Positions 28,174 through 37,667 of a DNA stretch of 64,000 bases are shown here, in pieces (the first letter of the stretch is position 1; the number at the start of each line of letters is the position of its first letter). The position numbers and the translations under genes are program-made. This DNA comes from Thermoanaerobaculia bacterium. Lineage in GTDB: Bacteria; Acidobacteriota; Thermoanaerobaculia; UBA5066; Gp7-AA6. Location: assembly GCA_038239305.1 (NCBI GenBank), contig JBBSEW010000014.1, positions 629 to 64,628 of the forward strand, in the 5' to 3' direction. The notes beneath the pieces were generated by a model, which was given only the letters and a program-made list of their open reading frames with translations, was not told the DNA's origin and ran no database searches.

Positions 28174-31089
28174 TTACCGGACGGGCGCCGGGGCCGGTGC
28201 CGCCGTCCTGGCGAAGTCGCCCGCCTTCACCACGGTGATCTTCGAGGGATCGATGTGTCGCCGCATCGCCGTCACGATCTCGTCCGGCGTGAGAGCCGCG
28301 ATCTTCTTCTCGATGTCCTGCTCCCACGTGAGTGTCCGACCGATGAAGAGATCGCTCGCGAGAATCCGGGCGAACGCCGGGTCCTGGGCCCGTCCCACCT
28401 GGGCGTTCTGGAGGTATCCCGATTTGGCCTCGGTGACTTCCTGGGCCGTGAACCCGTCTTTCAAAGCGCGGGCCACCTCTTCCTTGAAGGCGGCTTCGAG
28501 CTTCACGGCGTTCTGGGGCGCGTAGATCGCGAACGTCGTGAACGAGCCGGACTTGTCGAGCGGGCTGGCGTTGAATCGCGAGCCGACGCCGTAAGAGAGC
28601 CCCTCCTTCTGGCGGATCCGGACCGCCAGGCGGGAGTTCAGGAATCCGCCTCCCAGCATGTAGTTGCCGAGGACGAGGGCGGGGTAATCGGGATCGTCGT
28701 CGCGCATGTTCAGGTTCGTGCCGGCGACGAAGATCGCGTTTGCCTTGTCGGGAGTGGGGATGCTCTGGTTCACGGCCGCAGCCTCACGATAAGGCCGGGG
28801 GACGCGCGTGAATGCGCGCGGGCTCTTCCAGTCGCGGTAGAGCTCTCCGGCGAGCGCCGCTATCTCTTTCGCGTCGAAGTCGCCGACGACGGCGAGCTCC
28901 GCGTTGGATCCGCCGTAGAAGTCGCTGTAGAACTTCTTCGCGTCGTCGAGCGTGGCCGCCTTGTAGTCGGCGAGCGATTCGTCAGCCGTCGGGACGTAGC
29001 GCACGTCCCCCTTCTTCCAGTCGGAGAAGTGGCGCTCGTACGCGTTCTGTCCGAGAAACTGGGGATCACTCTTCTGCTGCTCGATGGCCGCGAGGTTCTC
29101 CTGCTGGAGCGGCTCGAACTCGGAGGCCGGGAACGTCGGGCTGCGCAGGATCTCGGCGACGAGCCGCATCGCCGCCGGCAAGTTCGCGCGCACCGTCTCG
29201 ATCGACGCCGTGGCCGACGTCGGTCCGCCGGAGATCTGGACGCGCGCCTTGAGGCGGTCGAACTCGTCGTTGATCTGCTGTCGCGTGTGTTTGGCCGTAC
29301 CGCGCCGGAGCATGTCGGCGGCGAGGTCCGCGGCCGTGGACCTGTTCATCAGGGAGGTTTCGTCGCCGAATCGGATCGTCATCGAAGCGACTACGGTTTC
29401 GCCTCGGGTCTTCTTCGGAAGGAGCGCCAGCTTCATCCCGCTGGCCAGCGCCGAGCGGGTCGTGCGGGCCTCGATGTTGGCGGGAGTCGGCTCGAAAGCC
29501 TCCCCCGGCGCAACCGCCGCGTCGCCCTTGTAGCCCTGAAAGGTTGCCACCAGATCGGGCGGGGCGGGGATCTCGGCGCGGTCGGGCTTCGGGGTCGGCA
29601 GGAACTCGCCGACGGTCCGGTTCGCGGGTTTCAGGTACGCCGCGGCGACGCGCGTCACGTCTTCTGCCGTGACCTTGCGGATCCGGTCGCGGTTGAGGAA
29701 GAAAAGACGCCAGTCGCCCATCCCGATGAACTCGCTCATCTGGAGGCCGACGCGATCGGCCGAATTCAGCGTGAGGTCGATGTTCTTGAGGAGCGCCGTC
29801 TTGGCGCGCTCGACTTCCTCTTTCGACGGCGGCTGCTGGCCGAGCGTGTCGAGGGTGTCGAGGAGAGCCTTCCGCGCCTCGGCCAGGGGCGCTTCCTGCC
29901 GGACCTCCGCGTCGAGCATGACGAAGCCGGGCTCGCGGAGCGGCTGCATGTAGCCGCTGACCGACGAGGCCTTCTTCGTCTCGACGAGAGCCTTGTAAAG
30001 CCGGCCCGATGGAGCGTCGGTCAGGACGCGCACGAGGACCTCGACGGCCGCGGCGTCCGGGTGCGACGCGGACGGAACGTGGTACGCGACCGCGAGCGCC
30101 TGCACATCCCCGACGCGGCGCAGCGTCACGGCACGCTCGCCATCCTGCGTCGGCTCGGCGGTGTAGGTCGTCTGGATCTTCCGGGCGGGGCGCGGGATGG
30201 CGGAGAACGCGGCGTCGATCCGGGCGAGCGTCTTCGCCGGATCGAACTTGCCCGCGACGAGCAGGTACGCATTGTCCGGCTGGTAGTAGTTGCGCCAGAA
30301 GGCCTGCAGTCGGTCGATCGGGACGTTCTCGATGTCGGCGCGGGCGCCGATCGTCGAATGGCCGTAGTTGTGCCAGAGATACGCGGTCGAGAGGACGCGC
30401 TCTTCGAGGATCGTGCCGGGATCATTTTCGCCGAGCTCGAATTCGTTGCGCACGACCGTCATTTCGCTGTCGAGATCCTTGCGGGCGATGAAGGAGCGGA
30501 CCATGCGGTCCGCCTCGAGATCGATGGCCCACTGCAGGTTCGCATCCGAAGAGGAGAACGTCTCGAAGTAGTTGGTCCGGTCGAACCACGTCGAGCCGTT
30601 CGGCCGCGCGCCGTGCGACGTCAGCTCCTGAGGAATGTTGGGGTGCTTCGGGGTTCCCTTGAAGAGGAGATGCTCGAGCAGATGGGCCATTCCCGTCTCG
30701 CCGTAGTTCTCGTTGCGGGACCCGACGAGATACGTGATGTTGACGGTGATCGTCTGCTTGGTCGGGTCGGGAAAGAGAAGGACATGGAGCCCGTCGTCGA
30801 GGACCCACTCGGTGATGCCTTCGACGGACGTGACCTGGACCGGCGGGTGGTGCGCGGCCGGCGCGCGGCCCGCCGCCGGGCGTTTCGCCGGGGCCGGGGG
30901 CGGGGCGGTGGCCGGGGCAGTGGCAGGGGTCCGGGCAGAAGCAGCGGGAGAGGGTCCGGACACCGGAGCCGGCGCCGCCTGGGCGGCGATCGCGCCTCCG
31001 AGCAGGAAGGCGACGGCTGTCAGGGCCGGCCGGAACGAGCGGGCAGAAGGGGATGAGAAACGGTCTCTGGTGAGGGGCGAAAAAGGCAT
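28174..31089 (-). CDS. M16 zinc peptidase (pitrilysin/PqqL-like), exported, Pro/Ala-rich N-terminus
   Basis: Inverted zinc motif HLLEH; NGSTWFDRTNY; RQKEGLSYG; RBS GGAGGA before ATG 31089. Confidence 0.92.
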   Translation of the reverse strand: MPFSPLTRDRFSSPSARSFRPALTAVAFLLGGAIAAQAAPAPVSGPSPAASARTPATAPATAPPPAPAKRPAAGRAPAAHHPPVQVTSVEGITEWVLDDGLHVLLFPDPTKQTITVNITYLVGSRNENYGETGMAHLLEHLLFKGTPKHPNIPQELTSHGARPNGSTWFDRTNYFETFSSSDANLQWAIDLEADRMVRSFIARKDLDSEMTVVRNEFELGENDPGTILEERVLSTAYLWHNYGHSTIGARADIENVPIDRLQAFWRNYYQPDNAYLLVAGKFDPAKTLARIDAAFSAIPRPARKIQTTYTAEPTQDGERAVTLRRVGDVQALAVAYHVPSASHPDAAAVEVLVRVLTDAPSGRLYKALVETKKASSVSGYMQPLREPGFVMLDAEVRQEAPLAEARKALLDTLDTLGQQPPSKEEVERAKTALLKNIDLTLNSADRVGLQMSEFIGMGDWRLFFLNRDRIRKVTAEDVTRVAAAYLKPANRTVGEFLPTPKPDRAEIPAPPDLVATFQGYKGDAAVAPGEAFEPTPANIEARTTRSALASGMKLALLPKKTRGETVVASMTIRFGDETSLMNRSTAADLAADMLRRGTAKHTRQQINDEFDRLKARVQISGGPTSATASIETVRANLPAAMRLVAEILRSPTFPASEFEPLQQENLAAIEQQKSDPQFLGQNAYERHFSDWKKGDVRYVPTADESLADYKAATLDDAKKFYSDFYGGSNAELAVVGDFDAKEIAALAGELYRDWKSPRAFTRVPRPYREAAAVNQSIPTPDKANAIFVAGTNLNMRDDDPDYPALVLGNYMLGGGFLNSRLAVRIRQKEGLSYGVGSRFNASPLDKSGSFTTFAIYAPQNAVKLEAAFKEEVARALKDGFTAQEVTEAKSGYLQNAQVGRAQDPAFARILASDLFIGRTLTWEQDIEKKIAALTPDEIVTAMRRHIDPSKITVVKAGDFARTAAPAPAPVR

Positions 31090-31681
31090 CGTGTCCTCCG
31101 GCGGAGCAGGCTCCGCGGGTTTATCCGGCGGAACCGGAAACTCTATAACGCCTCTGTAACCTGCGAGATTGACAGGACTTCCCGGTCGCCGCCGACCGTC
31201 GGGATCGGAAGGGCCGAAGGCGGCACGGCCGGGTTGAAACCCTTCGGGATCTCCGAGGAGACCTGTAATCCCCCTCCCTCTGTCTCCCGTCGAACGGGTG
31301 GAGGCCTCGAACAGCATGATCGAGCGTCAGCGCCGCTGGGGCACGTTCTGGGGAATCATCATCCTGGCCTGTGTTGACGCCTTCCTCTGGGCGGTTTTCG
31401 CCCGCTGAACGACTGAACTCAGGAACCTTTGAACGGCCAGTCGGGCAGCCGCCGACCGGCGGACCGTTCCCCCCTCCCGCCGGAAAACCTCGTCTTCCGA
31501 CCGATCGAGGTGCGTTTGCCCCCCGATCGGGGTCGAGTCTCTGCCGTTTAGCTCTTGTTCTGGTGGATATTTCGGTTATTCTTAGAACAACCCGGTTATT
31601 CAGCCCAACGAACAATCGCCCGTCGTCCATTCATCATTCTCTCGTCCAGCGCGGCGTCGCGCTTTGCCCGCGGAGGAAACC

Positions 31682-34600
31682 ATGGCCCCTTGCGCGTCTT
31701 TCCTGAGGCTCAGAGCGGGCTTTCGGTTTCCGATCGTCCTCGGATTTCTGACGTTGCTCGCCCTGAGCGCGGCTTCGGCGCAGAGTTTCAATGAGTACCC
31801 GCTTCTCGCTCCGGCCGCCGAGCCGAGCCAGATAACGGTCGGACCGGACGGCAACCTGTGGTTCACCCAGCGAATCGGCAACCGGATCGGCCGGGTGACA
31901 CCGGGCGCCGTTTTCACGGACTTTCGGGTCCCGACCGTCGGGAGTGAGCCGAACGCAATCGCCGCCGGGCCGGACGGCAATCTCTGGTTCACGGAGTACA
32001 ACTCCGGCATGGTCGGCCGCATCACGCCGACGGGGACCATCACCGAGTTCCAGCCGCCGTGTTCGCTCTGCAGTCCCTCGGGGATCACAAGCGGTCCGGA
32101 TGGAAATCTCTGGTTCGCGGAAGGGGGAGGCAACATCGCGCGCCTGACCACGGCGGGCATGTTCACGGAGTTCCCCGTTCCGACGGCGACCTCCGGTCCG
32201 AACGGGATCGTCACGGGCCCCGACGGGGCACTGTGGTTTACGGAAATCACGGCGGGCAAGATCGGGCGAATCACGACCGCGGGTGCGATAACCGAGTTCT
32301 CGCTGCCCGACGACACGGCCTCCCCGCAGGACATCACGAGTGGCCCGGACGGGAATCTCTGGTTCGTCGAATCAGCCGGAAACCAGGTCGGGCGTATCAC
32401 CACCGCGGGGGTGCTCACGGAATTCCCGATTCCGACGGCCAACTCCTTCCCGCAATACATCGCGACCGGACCCGACGGGAACCTCTGGTTCACCGAGACG
32501 ATAGGGAACAACCTCGGCCGGATCACGACGGCCGGAGTGATCAACGAGCTTGCCGTTCCGACGGCCGACGCTCTTCCTTTCGGGATCGTGACGGGCCCCG
32601 ACGGAAGCCTCTGGTTCACCGAACTCAACACGAGCTCCAACGCAATCGGCCGGCTCACTCTCCTGTCGTTCATCGTCACCAACACCAACGACACCGGAGC
32701 GGGCTCTCTTCGTCAGGCGATTCTCGATGTCAGCGCGGCCGGCGGCGGGACCGTTCAATTCGCGATTCCGGGCGCGGGCGTGCAAACGATCCAGCCCCTG
32801 TCGGAGCTTCCGGACATCCAGCCGGTCGCGGCGATCATCGACGGCTATACGCAGCCGGGCGCTTCCGCGAACACGCTGACGACCGGCGGATCCAATGCGG
32901 TCATCCTCATCGCGCTCGACGGCAGCCTGGCCGGGAGTGGGGCCGCCGGCCTCACCACCAACGACGATTCGGGGACCGTGCTCGGAGCCCGGTCGGCCCG
33001 AGGCGCCTCGGGCAAGAAACCGAGCAGCGTCCGCGCCGCGGCCCCCACGATCCGCGGGCTGGCGATTGGGAACTTCGACGGAGACGGCATCGACAACTTC
33101 GTGAACGGAACCGCGATCGAGGGCTGCTTCATCGGAACGAACGCCGCGGGCAAGGTGGCGGCGCCGAACAATGGTGATGGCGTCTATTGCGGTTTCGTCA
33201 CGATCGTCGGCGGAACGGCTCCGGCGCAGCGCAACCTGATTTCGGGCAACGTCGACAACGGCCTCGAGCTGTCGGCGGACGGGTCGGTCATACGGGGAAA
33301 TCTGATCGGCACGGATTCGACCGGTACGGCCGGCATTCCCAACGGCGGTAGCGGGGTCGACATCCCGTTCTCTTCGGTCTCCAACAAAATCGGTGGCGCG
33401 TCCGCCGGAGCGGGCAACGTCATCGCCTTCAACGCGTTTTTCGGCGTCAACGTCGCCTGCGGGGACGGGTGCGGCAGCGCGGAAAACATTTCGGGCAACT
33501 CGATTTTTTCGAACGCGAAGCTCGGAATTACCCTCGACGGAAGCGCCACGCCGCTCGCCAACGACGACTGCGACTCGGACTTGGGCGGCAACGGCCAGCA
33601 GAACTATCCCGTCGTGACGGCGGCCAACACCGGCGACGGTTACACGATGGTGGCGGGAACACTCAACAGCGTCGCCAACAACCCGTACCGGGTCGAGTTC
33701 TTCGCGAGCCCCGCATGCGACCCGACCGGCAGCGGGGAAGGACAGACCTACCTCGGCTTCACGGACGTGACGACGAACGATTCCTGCACGGCAGCGTTCT
33801 CCGTCGTCTTTGCGGCGGCAGGCGGCCTTTCGATCACGGCCACGGCGACGGACTCCGGCGGCAACACCTCCGAGTTCTCCGCCTGTTTCACGGCCACGAC
33901 CGGACAGGGGCCGAGCACGACCGCCCTGACGAGCGCGCCGAATCCCTCGACGTTCGGCGGCGCGGTGACCCTGACCGCGACTGTCACGGGCTCCGGTCCG
34001 ATCCCCACGGGGACGGTCACGTTCCGTGACGGCGCCGGGGTGATCGGGACGGCCCTGCTGAACGGCTCCGGAGTCGCGACCTTCGTGACGTCCACGCTGG
34101 GGGTCGGCGCGCACATCCTCACGGCCACATACGGGGGCGACGGTTTCTACGCGCCGAGCACTTCGCCGGCCGTCACCCAGACGGTCGGCAGCGCCAACAC
34201 GCTGGTCGCCCTCATGTCCTCGGTCAATCCGTCTTCCTCCGGCCAGCCGGTGACTTTCACCGCCGTGGTCAGCCCGTTTGCTCCGGCCGCGGGCGTTCCC
34301 ACGGGCACGGTGACGTTCTACGACGGGGCGGCGCTGCTCGGAAGTGCGACTCTCGTTGGCGGACAGGCCTCGTTCTCGACCGCGGCACTGACGCCCGGAG
34401 TGCACTCGATCACGGCCGTCTACTCCGGTGACGCGACCTTCACGCCGAGCACTTCGGCGCCGCTCTCACAGACGGTGGGCACCTGCCAGAAGCCTTCGCC
34501 CGTTTCGGACCTGTCGATCTCAACTCCGACTGCGGGTGCGAGCGATACCTACGAGCTGCGCTGGAGCGACGTGCTCGGCAGCCAGGCCGGCCAGTACGAG

Positions 34601-35989
34601 ATCCTCGTATCGACGAACGGGGGCGCGTCCTTCCAGGCGATCGGGTACACCCGTAACACGCGCTTCGCGAGCTCCCCGACACAGCCCCCCGGCACGGTTC
34701 TGACGTTCATGGTGCGGGCAGAGCCGATCTGCAGCGTCGGCGAATCGAAGTTCAGCGATCCCGGCAACGTCGTGACGCTGACGGTGACCACGAGCTGCGC
34801 GCGACCCGCGGCGCCGACCGTGACGATCGACAAGCCCTCGGTGATCCCCGGCCAGACGTACACGCTGACCTGGAACTCGACGCTGACCGGTCTCGGCCAG
34901 TATCGAATTCTGCAGTCGGTCAACGGCGGCGCGTTCGTGAGCATCGGCTCGTCGCTGTCCACCTCGTTTTCGGCAACCGCTCCCGAAGAGCCCGAGGGCA
35001 CGACGATCGCGCTCCAGGTGCGCGCGGAGCCTTCGTGCGCCACAACGGCGAGCGGCTACGGCAATCCGAGCGCACCCGTCACGTACACCGTGGCGCCGGG
35101 ATGCGTGCCTCCCGATGCGCCGACCGACGTGACGCTCACCGGCGTCGATACGACCGGTCCGCCGACCCCGACGACCTATCTCGCGGTGACCTTCACGCCG
35201 GCCGCGACGGGTGGGCCCGCGACGCGCTATGGCGTCCGGATCAACGGCGACGATGAGGTCTCGACCTCATCCCCGTCAGCGATTCTTCTCCCGCGCGGCG
35301 AGCGCCTCGATCCGATCACGGCGTTCGTTCGCGCGTACGGCTGCAATCCCGAGCAGGGAAGTGCGACCGCGCAGAGCCCGACGGTCACGCTTCTCGTCTC
35401 CCCGCCGATCGCGAATTTCACCGCATCGCCTTCGCCGCGCGTCGGCTCTCCGGTGACTTTCACGGACACGAGCTCCCCGCAGGCGACCTCCTGGCTCTGG
35501 GTCTTCGACGACGGCGCGACCGACCCCACGCAGTCTCCAACCCACACGTTCTCGATTTCGGGGCCGCACACGGTGTACCTGATCGCGTCGAACGGAGCGG
35601 GCTCGTCGACGAAGGCGCTGACGCTTTCGGTCGGAGCCGCGGCCGCGGCCTCGCAGACGCGAGGCATCCTCATGACCTCGACCTCGTTCGATGAATCCAA
35701 CCCGGAACGGCGCCGCGCGAACGTCCACGTGCCCGGGGAGGGGACGTCCTGGCTGCGGATCCGCAACCTGGAATCCTCGAACGCGCTGCTCTTCCTGCGA
35801 TTCCTGGACTCGACCGGGAAGCTCATGCGGGAGCGGAGCCTGACGGTCGCCGGCGGCGCGGAGGCACGATATGACCTGGGAGCCTACGGTCTCTCGGGTG
35901 AGTGGACCGTCGAGATCGTGAGCGCGCAGAAGTTCGAAGCCTCCGTCGCGGAACCGCGACGTCCCGACCCCAAGGAGGTCCACCGATGA
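31682..35989 (+). CDS. Large secreted/surface protein: 7-blade Vgb-like propeller + parallel beta-helix + two Ig-like domains + FN3-like repeats + PKD
   Basis: Signal peptide; seven GPDG(N/A/S)LWF repeats; VTNTNDTGAGSLRQAI; GNTSEFS; two PTGTVTF Ig motifs; WLWVFDDG PKD motif; RBS GGAGGA. Confidence 0.85.
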   Translation: MAPCASFLRLRAGFRFPIVLGFLTLLALSAASAQSFNEYPLLAPAAEPSQITVGPDGNLWFTQRIGNRIGRVTPGAVFTDFRVPTVGSEPNAIAAGPDGNLWFTEYNSGMVGRITPTGTITEFQPPCSLCSPSGITSGPDGNLWFAEGGGNIARLTTAGMFTEFPVPTATSGPNGIVTGPDGALWFTEITAGKIGRITTAGAITEFSLPDDTASPQDITSGPDGNLWFVESAGNQVGRITTAGVLTEFPIPTANSFPQYIATGPDGNLWFTETIGNNLGRITTAGVINELAVPTADALPFGIVTGPDGSLWFTELNTSSNAIGRLTLLSFIVTNTNDTGAGSLRQAILDVSAAGGGTVQFAIPGAGVQTIQPLSELPDIQPVAAIIDGYTQPGASANTLTTGGSNAVILIALDGSLAGSGAAGLTTNDDSGTVLGARSARGASGKKPSSVRAAAPTIRGLAIGNFDGDGIDNFVNGTAIEGCFIGTNAAGKVAAPNNGDGVYCGFVTIVGGTAPAQRNLISGNVDNGLELSADGSVIRGNLIGTDSTGTAGIPNGGSGVDIPFSSVSNKIGGASAGAGNVIAFNAFFGVNVACGDGCGSAENISGNSIFSNAKLGITLDGSATPLANDDCDSDLGGNGQQNYPVVTAANTGDGYTMVAGTLNSVANNPYRVEFFASPACDPTGSGEGQTYLGFTDVTTNDSCTAAFSVVFAAAGGLSITATATDSGGNTSEFSACFTATTGQGPSTTALTSAPNPSTFGGAVTLTATVTGSGPIPTGTVTFRDGAGVIGTALLNGSGVATFVTSTLGVGAHILTATYGGDGFYAPSTSPAVTQTVGSANTLVALMSSVNPSSSGQPVTFTAVVSPFAPAAGVPTGTVTFYDGAALLGSATLVGGQASFSTAALTPGVHSITAVYSGDATFTPSTSAPLSQTVGTCQKPSPVSDLSISTPTAGASDTYELRWSDVLGSQAGQYEILVSTNGGASFQAIGYTRNTRFASSPTQPPGTVLTFMVRAEPICSVGESKFSDPGNVVTLTVTTSCARPAAPTVTIDKPSVIPGQTYTLTWNSTLTGLGQYRILQSVNGGAFVSIGSSLSTSFSATAPEEPEGTTIALQVRAEPSCATTASGYGNPSAPVTYTVAPGCVPPDAPTDVTLTGVDTTGPPTPTTYLAVTFTPAATGGPATRYGVRINGDDEVSTSSPSAILLPRGERLDPITAFVRAYGCNPEQGSATAQSPTVTLLVSPPIANFTASPSPRVGSPVTFTDTSSPQATSWLWVFDDGATDPTQSPTHTFSISGPHTVYLIASNGAGSSTKALTLSVGAAAAASQTRGILMTSTSFDESNPERRRANVHVPGEGTSWLRIRNLESSNALLFLRFLDSTGKLMRERSLTVAGGAEARYDLGAYGLSGEWTVEIVSAQKFEASVAEPRRPDPKEVHR

Positions 35990-37107
35990 TTCGTGCGTAT
36001 AGTCTCTGGTATCGGACGACGGCCGTCGTGACCGCGGCGGCTCTCCTGTTCGGCGGGGCGGGAGCGACGCTCCTGGCGGCCGGGACGGAGTCGCCGATCC
36101 AGATCGCCCACGATCCTCTCTCCTGCGTCGTCACGGACCTCGCGCCGAAAATCGATGCGGGCGTGGCGCCCGGCACGATCTTCGACAAGGGCTACGTGTA
36201 CTTCAAGGCGGCCGGCACCGACGACTATTACTACGCTCCGATGGCCGGAACGCCGGACCTGATCACGGGAGTACTTCCGCGGCCCCTTCCCGAGACGAAG
36301 GCGATCGACTACTACGTGCGGGCGACGGATACCCAGGACCTCGCCAAGAGGACGAGCGAGTTCGTGCCGCCGGTCGTGCCCGGAAACGCCTGCAAGGCGA
36401 ACAAGGGCGTGCCCGTCGGTAAGGATGGCGCCAACCTGACGATCGGCCTGACCCGGGAGGGCCAGAACCCCGCGCCTCCGGGATTCAATCGGCGGGACAT
36501 CGCGTTCGTCATCCTGTTCGGCGGCGCCACGGTCACGCTCGCGCAGGCCCTGCGCGGATCGGCCTCGGGAACCAGCGCATCCACGGGGGGCGCCTCCGCG
36601 ACTGCCCCGAAGTCCTCCGGAAGCGGCTTGAGCACCGGAGTGGCGATCGGCATCGGCGCTGTCGCGGTCGGTGCGGGCGCGCTCATCATCGCGAACAACA
36701 ACCGGCATCACTCCAATACGCCGACTCCGACTCCTCCGCCTCCCACGATGACGCCGACTCCCACGTCGGCGTTCCAGTTCCTCGAAGCGGACGCGACCTG
36801 GAGCGGCGTCGGCAACGTCGATGTCGAGATCCGGGATCCGGGCAACAACGTCGTGGGAACGAATCTGCCGGCGGGGTGCGAATCGACCGCCTCGCGCACG
36901 GAGCACGTCCTCCTGCAGGGTGTGCTGGCCCCGGGAACCTATCGCGTCATGCTGAAGGGGAGCGATTGCCCGAGCCTGGGCGCTCCTGCCACGATCGCGA
37001 CCGCGCTGACCGTGCTGCAGTCCGGCGGGGCGCCCAAGTGCACGAACACCTTCGTCAACGTGCCGCTCGGTTCGAGCGTGCTGGGGTGCCAGTTCACGAT
37101 CCCCTAA
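35986..37107 (+). CDS. Secreted/membrane-anchored hypothetical protein coupled to the surface protein
   Basis: ATGA overlap with RBS AAGGAGG; signal peptide; IAHDP...IDYYV Ig-like domain; internal hydrophobic segment and Pro/Thr linker. Confidence 0.75.
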   Translation: MIRAYSLWYRTTAVVTAAALLFGGAGATLLAAGTESPIQIAHDPLSCVVTDLAPKIDAGVAPGTIFDKGYVYFKAAGTDDYYYAPMAGTPDLITGVLPRPLPETKAIDYYVRATDTQDLAKRTSEFVPPVVPGNACKANKGVPVGKDGANLTIGLTREGQNPAPPGFNRRDIAFVILFGGATVTLAQALRGSASGTSASTGGASATAPKSSGSGLSTGVAIGIGAVAVGAGALIIANNNRHHSNTPTPTPPPPTMTPTPTSAFQFLEADATWSGVGNVDVEIRDPGNNVVGTNLPAGCESTASRTEHVLLQGVLAPGTYRVMLKGSDCPSLGAPATIATALTVLQSGGAPKCTNTFVNVPLGSSVLGCQFTIP

Positions 37108-37155
37108 ACGTCGCCGGAGCCGCGCTGAAGAGAGCGGCTTCAGAGCTATTGAGGT

Positions 37156-37295
37156 GCGCGAAGGATCTGTTGTGGCGAGAGCCGCCCGGCTCGGCCGGAT
37201 GCGGCCTCGACCGGGCGGAGAGTGGTTGGCTCCGGCTCCCGCAACGGGAGGCTCCTCCTTCCCTCTGGTCAGGAGACTCCTCCCGTTGCGAGCCG
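37156..37295. repeat. Structured dispersed repeat, copy 2
   Basis: Matches 25670-25809 with compensatory substitutions in the stems. Confidence 0.85.
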
Positions 37296-37350
37296 TTGAA
37301 TCAGACGGGCTCGTCGATTCGCTGCGCACAGGAAAACGTCGGGGCCGCCT

Positions 37351-37640
37351 TCCCCCTCTCCCGGCGGGAGAGGGCGGGGTGAGGGGCGTTCTCGTTTCCC
37401 TCCGATTCCCCGATTACCCCCGATTCTCCCTGGTGGATTCCCGATAGTTCGATGATTCGATTGATCGCGAGATCGCACGAAGCGCGCCTTCCCCCTCTCC
37501 CGGCGGGAGAGGGCCGGGGTGAGGGGCGCTCCCGAATCTCCGATCCCACCTCACCCGATTCCCTTGATTGATCACCCGATCACCCGATTCTCCCTCGATA
37601 GACCGATTGATCGCGAGATCGCGAGATCGCGAGATCGGTT
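37351..37640. repeat. Two BoxC-like hairpins interleaved with CCGAT-core tandem repeats
   Basis: CCCCTCTCCCGGCGGGAGAGGG(C)CGGGGTGAGGGG at 37352 and 37491; GATCGCGA tandem array at 37609-37636. Confidence 0.85.
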
Positions 37641-37667
37641 CTCAAGAAAAAGCTCGCGCTCGCAGCC

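Noticed and set aside
31090-31681. Riboswitch or ncRNA in the long divergent intergenic region
   Set aside because: Hairpins are present but I could not match any riboswitch consensus; an Rfam/Infernal scan would be needed
31800-32660. Streptogramin resistance gene (vgb)
   Set aside because: The propeller is one domain of a 1400-aa secreted protein; fold similarity alone does not support a resistance function
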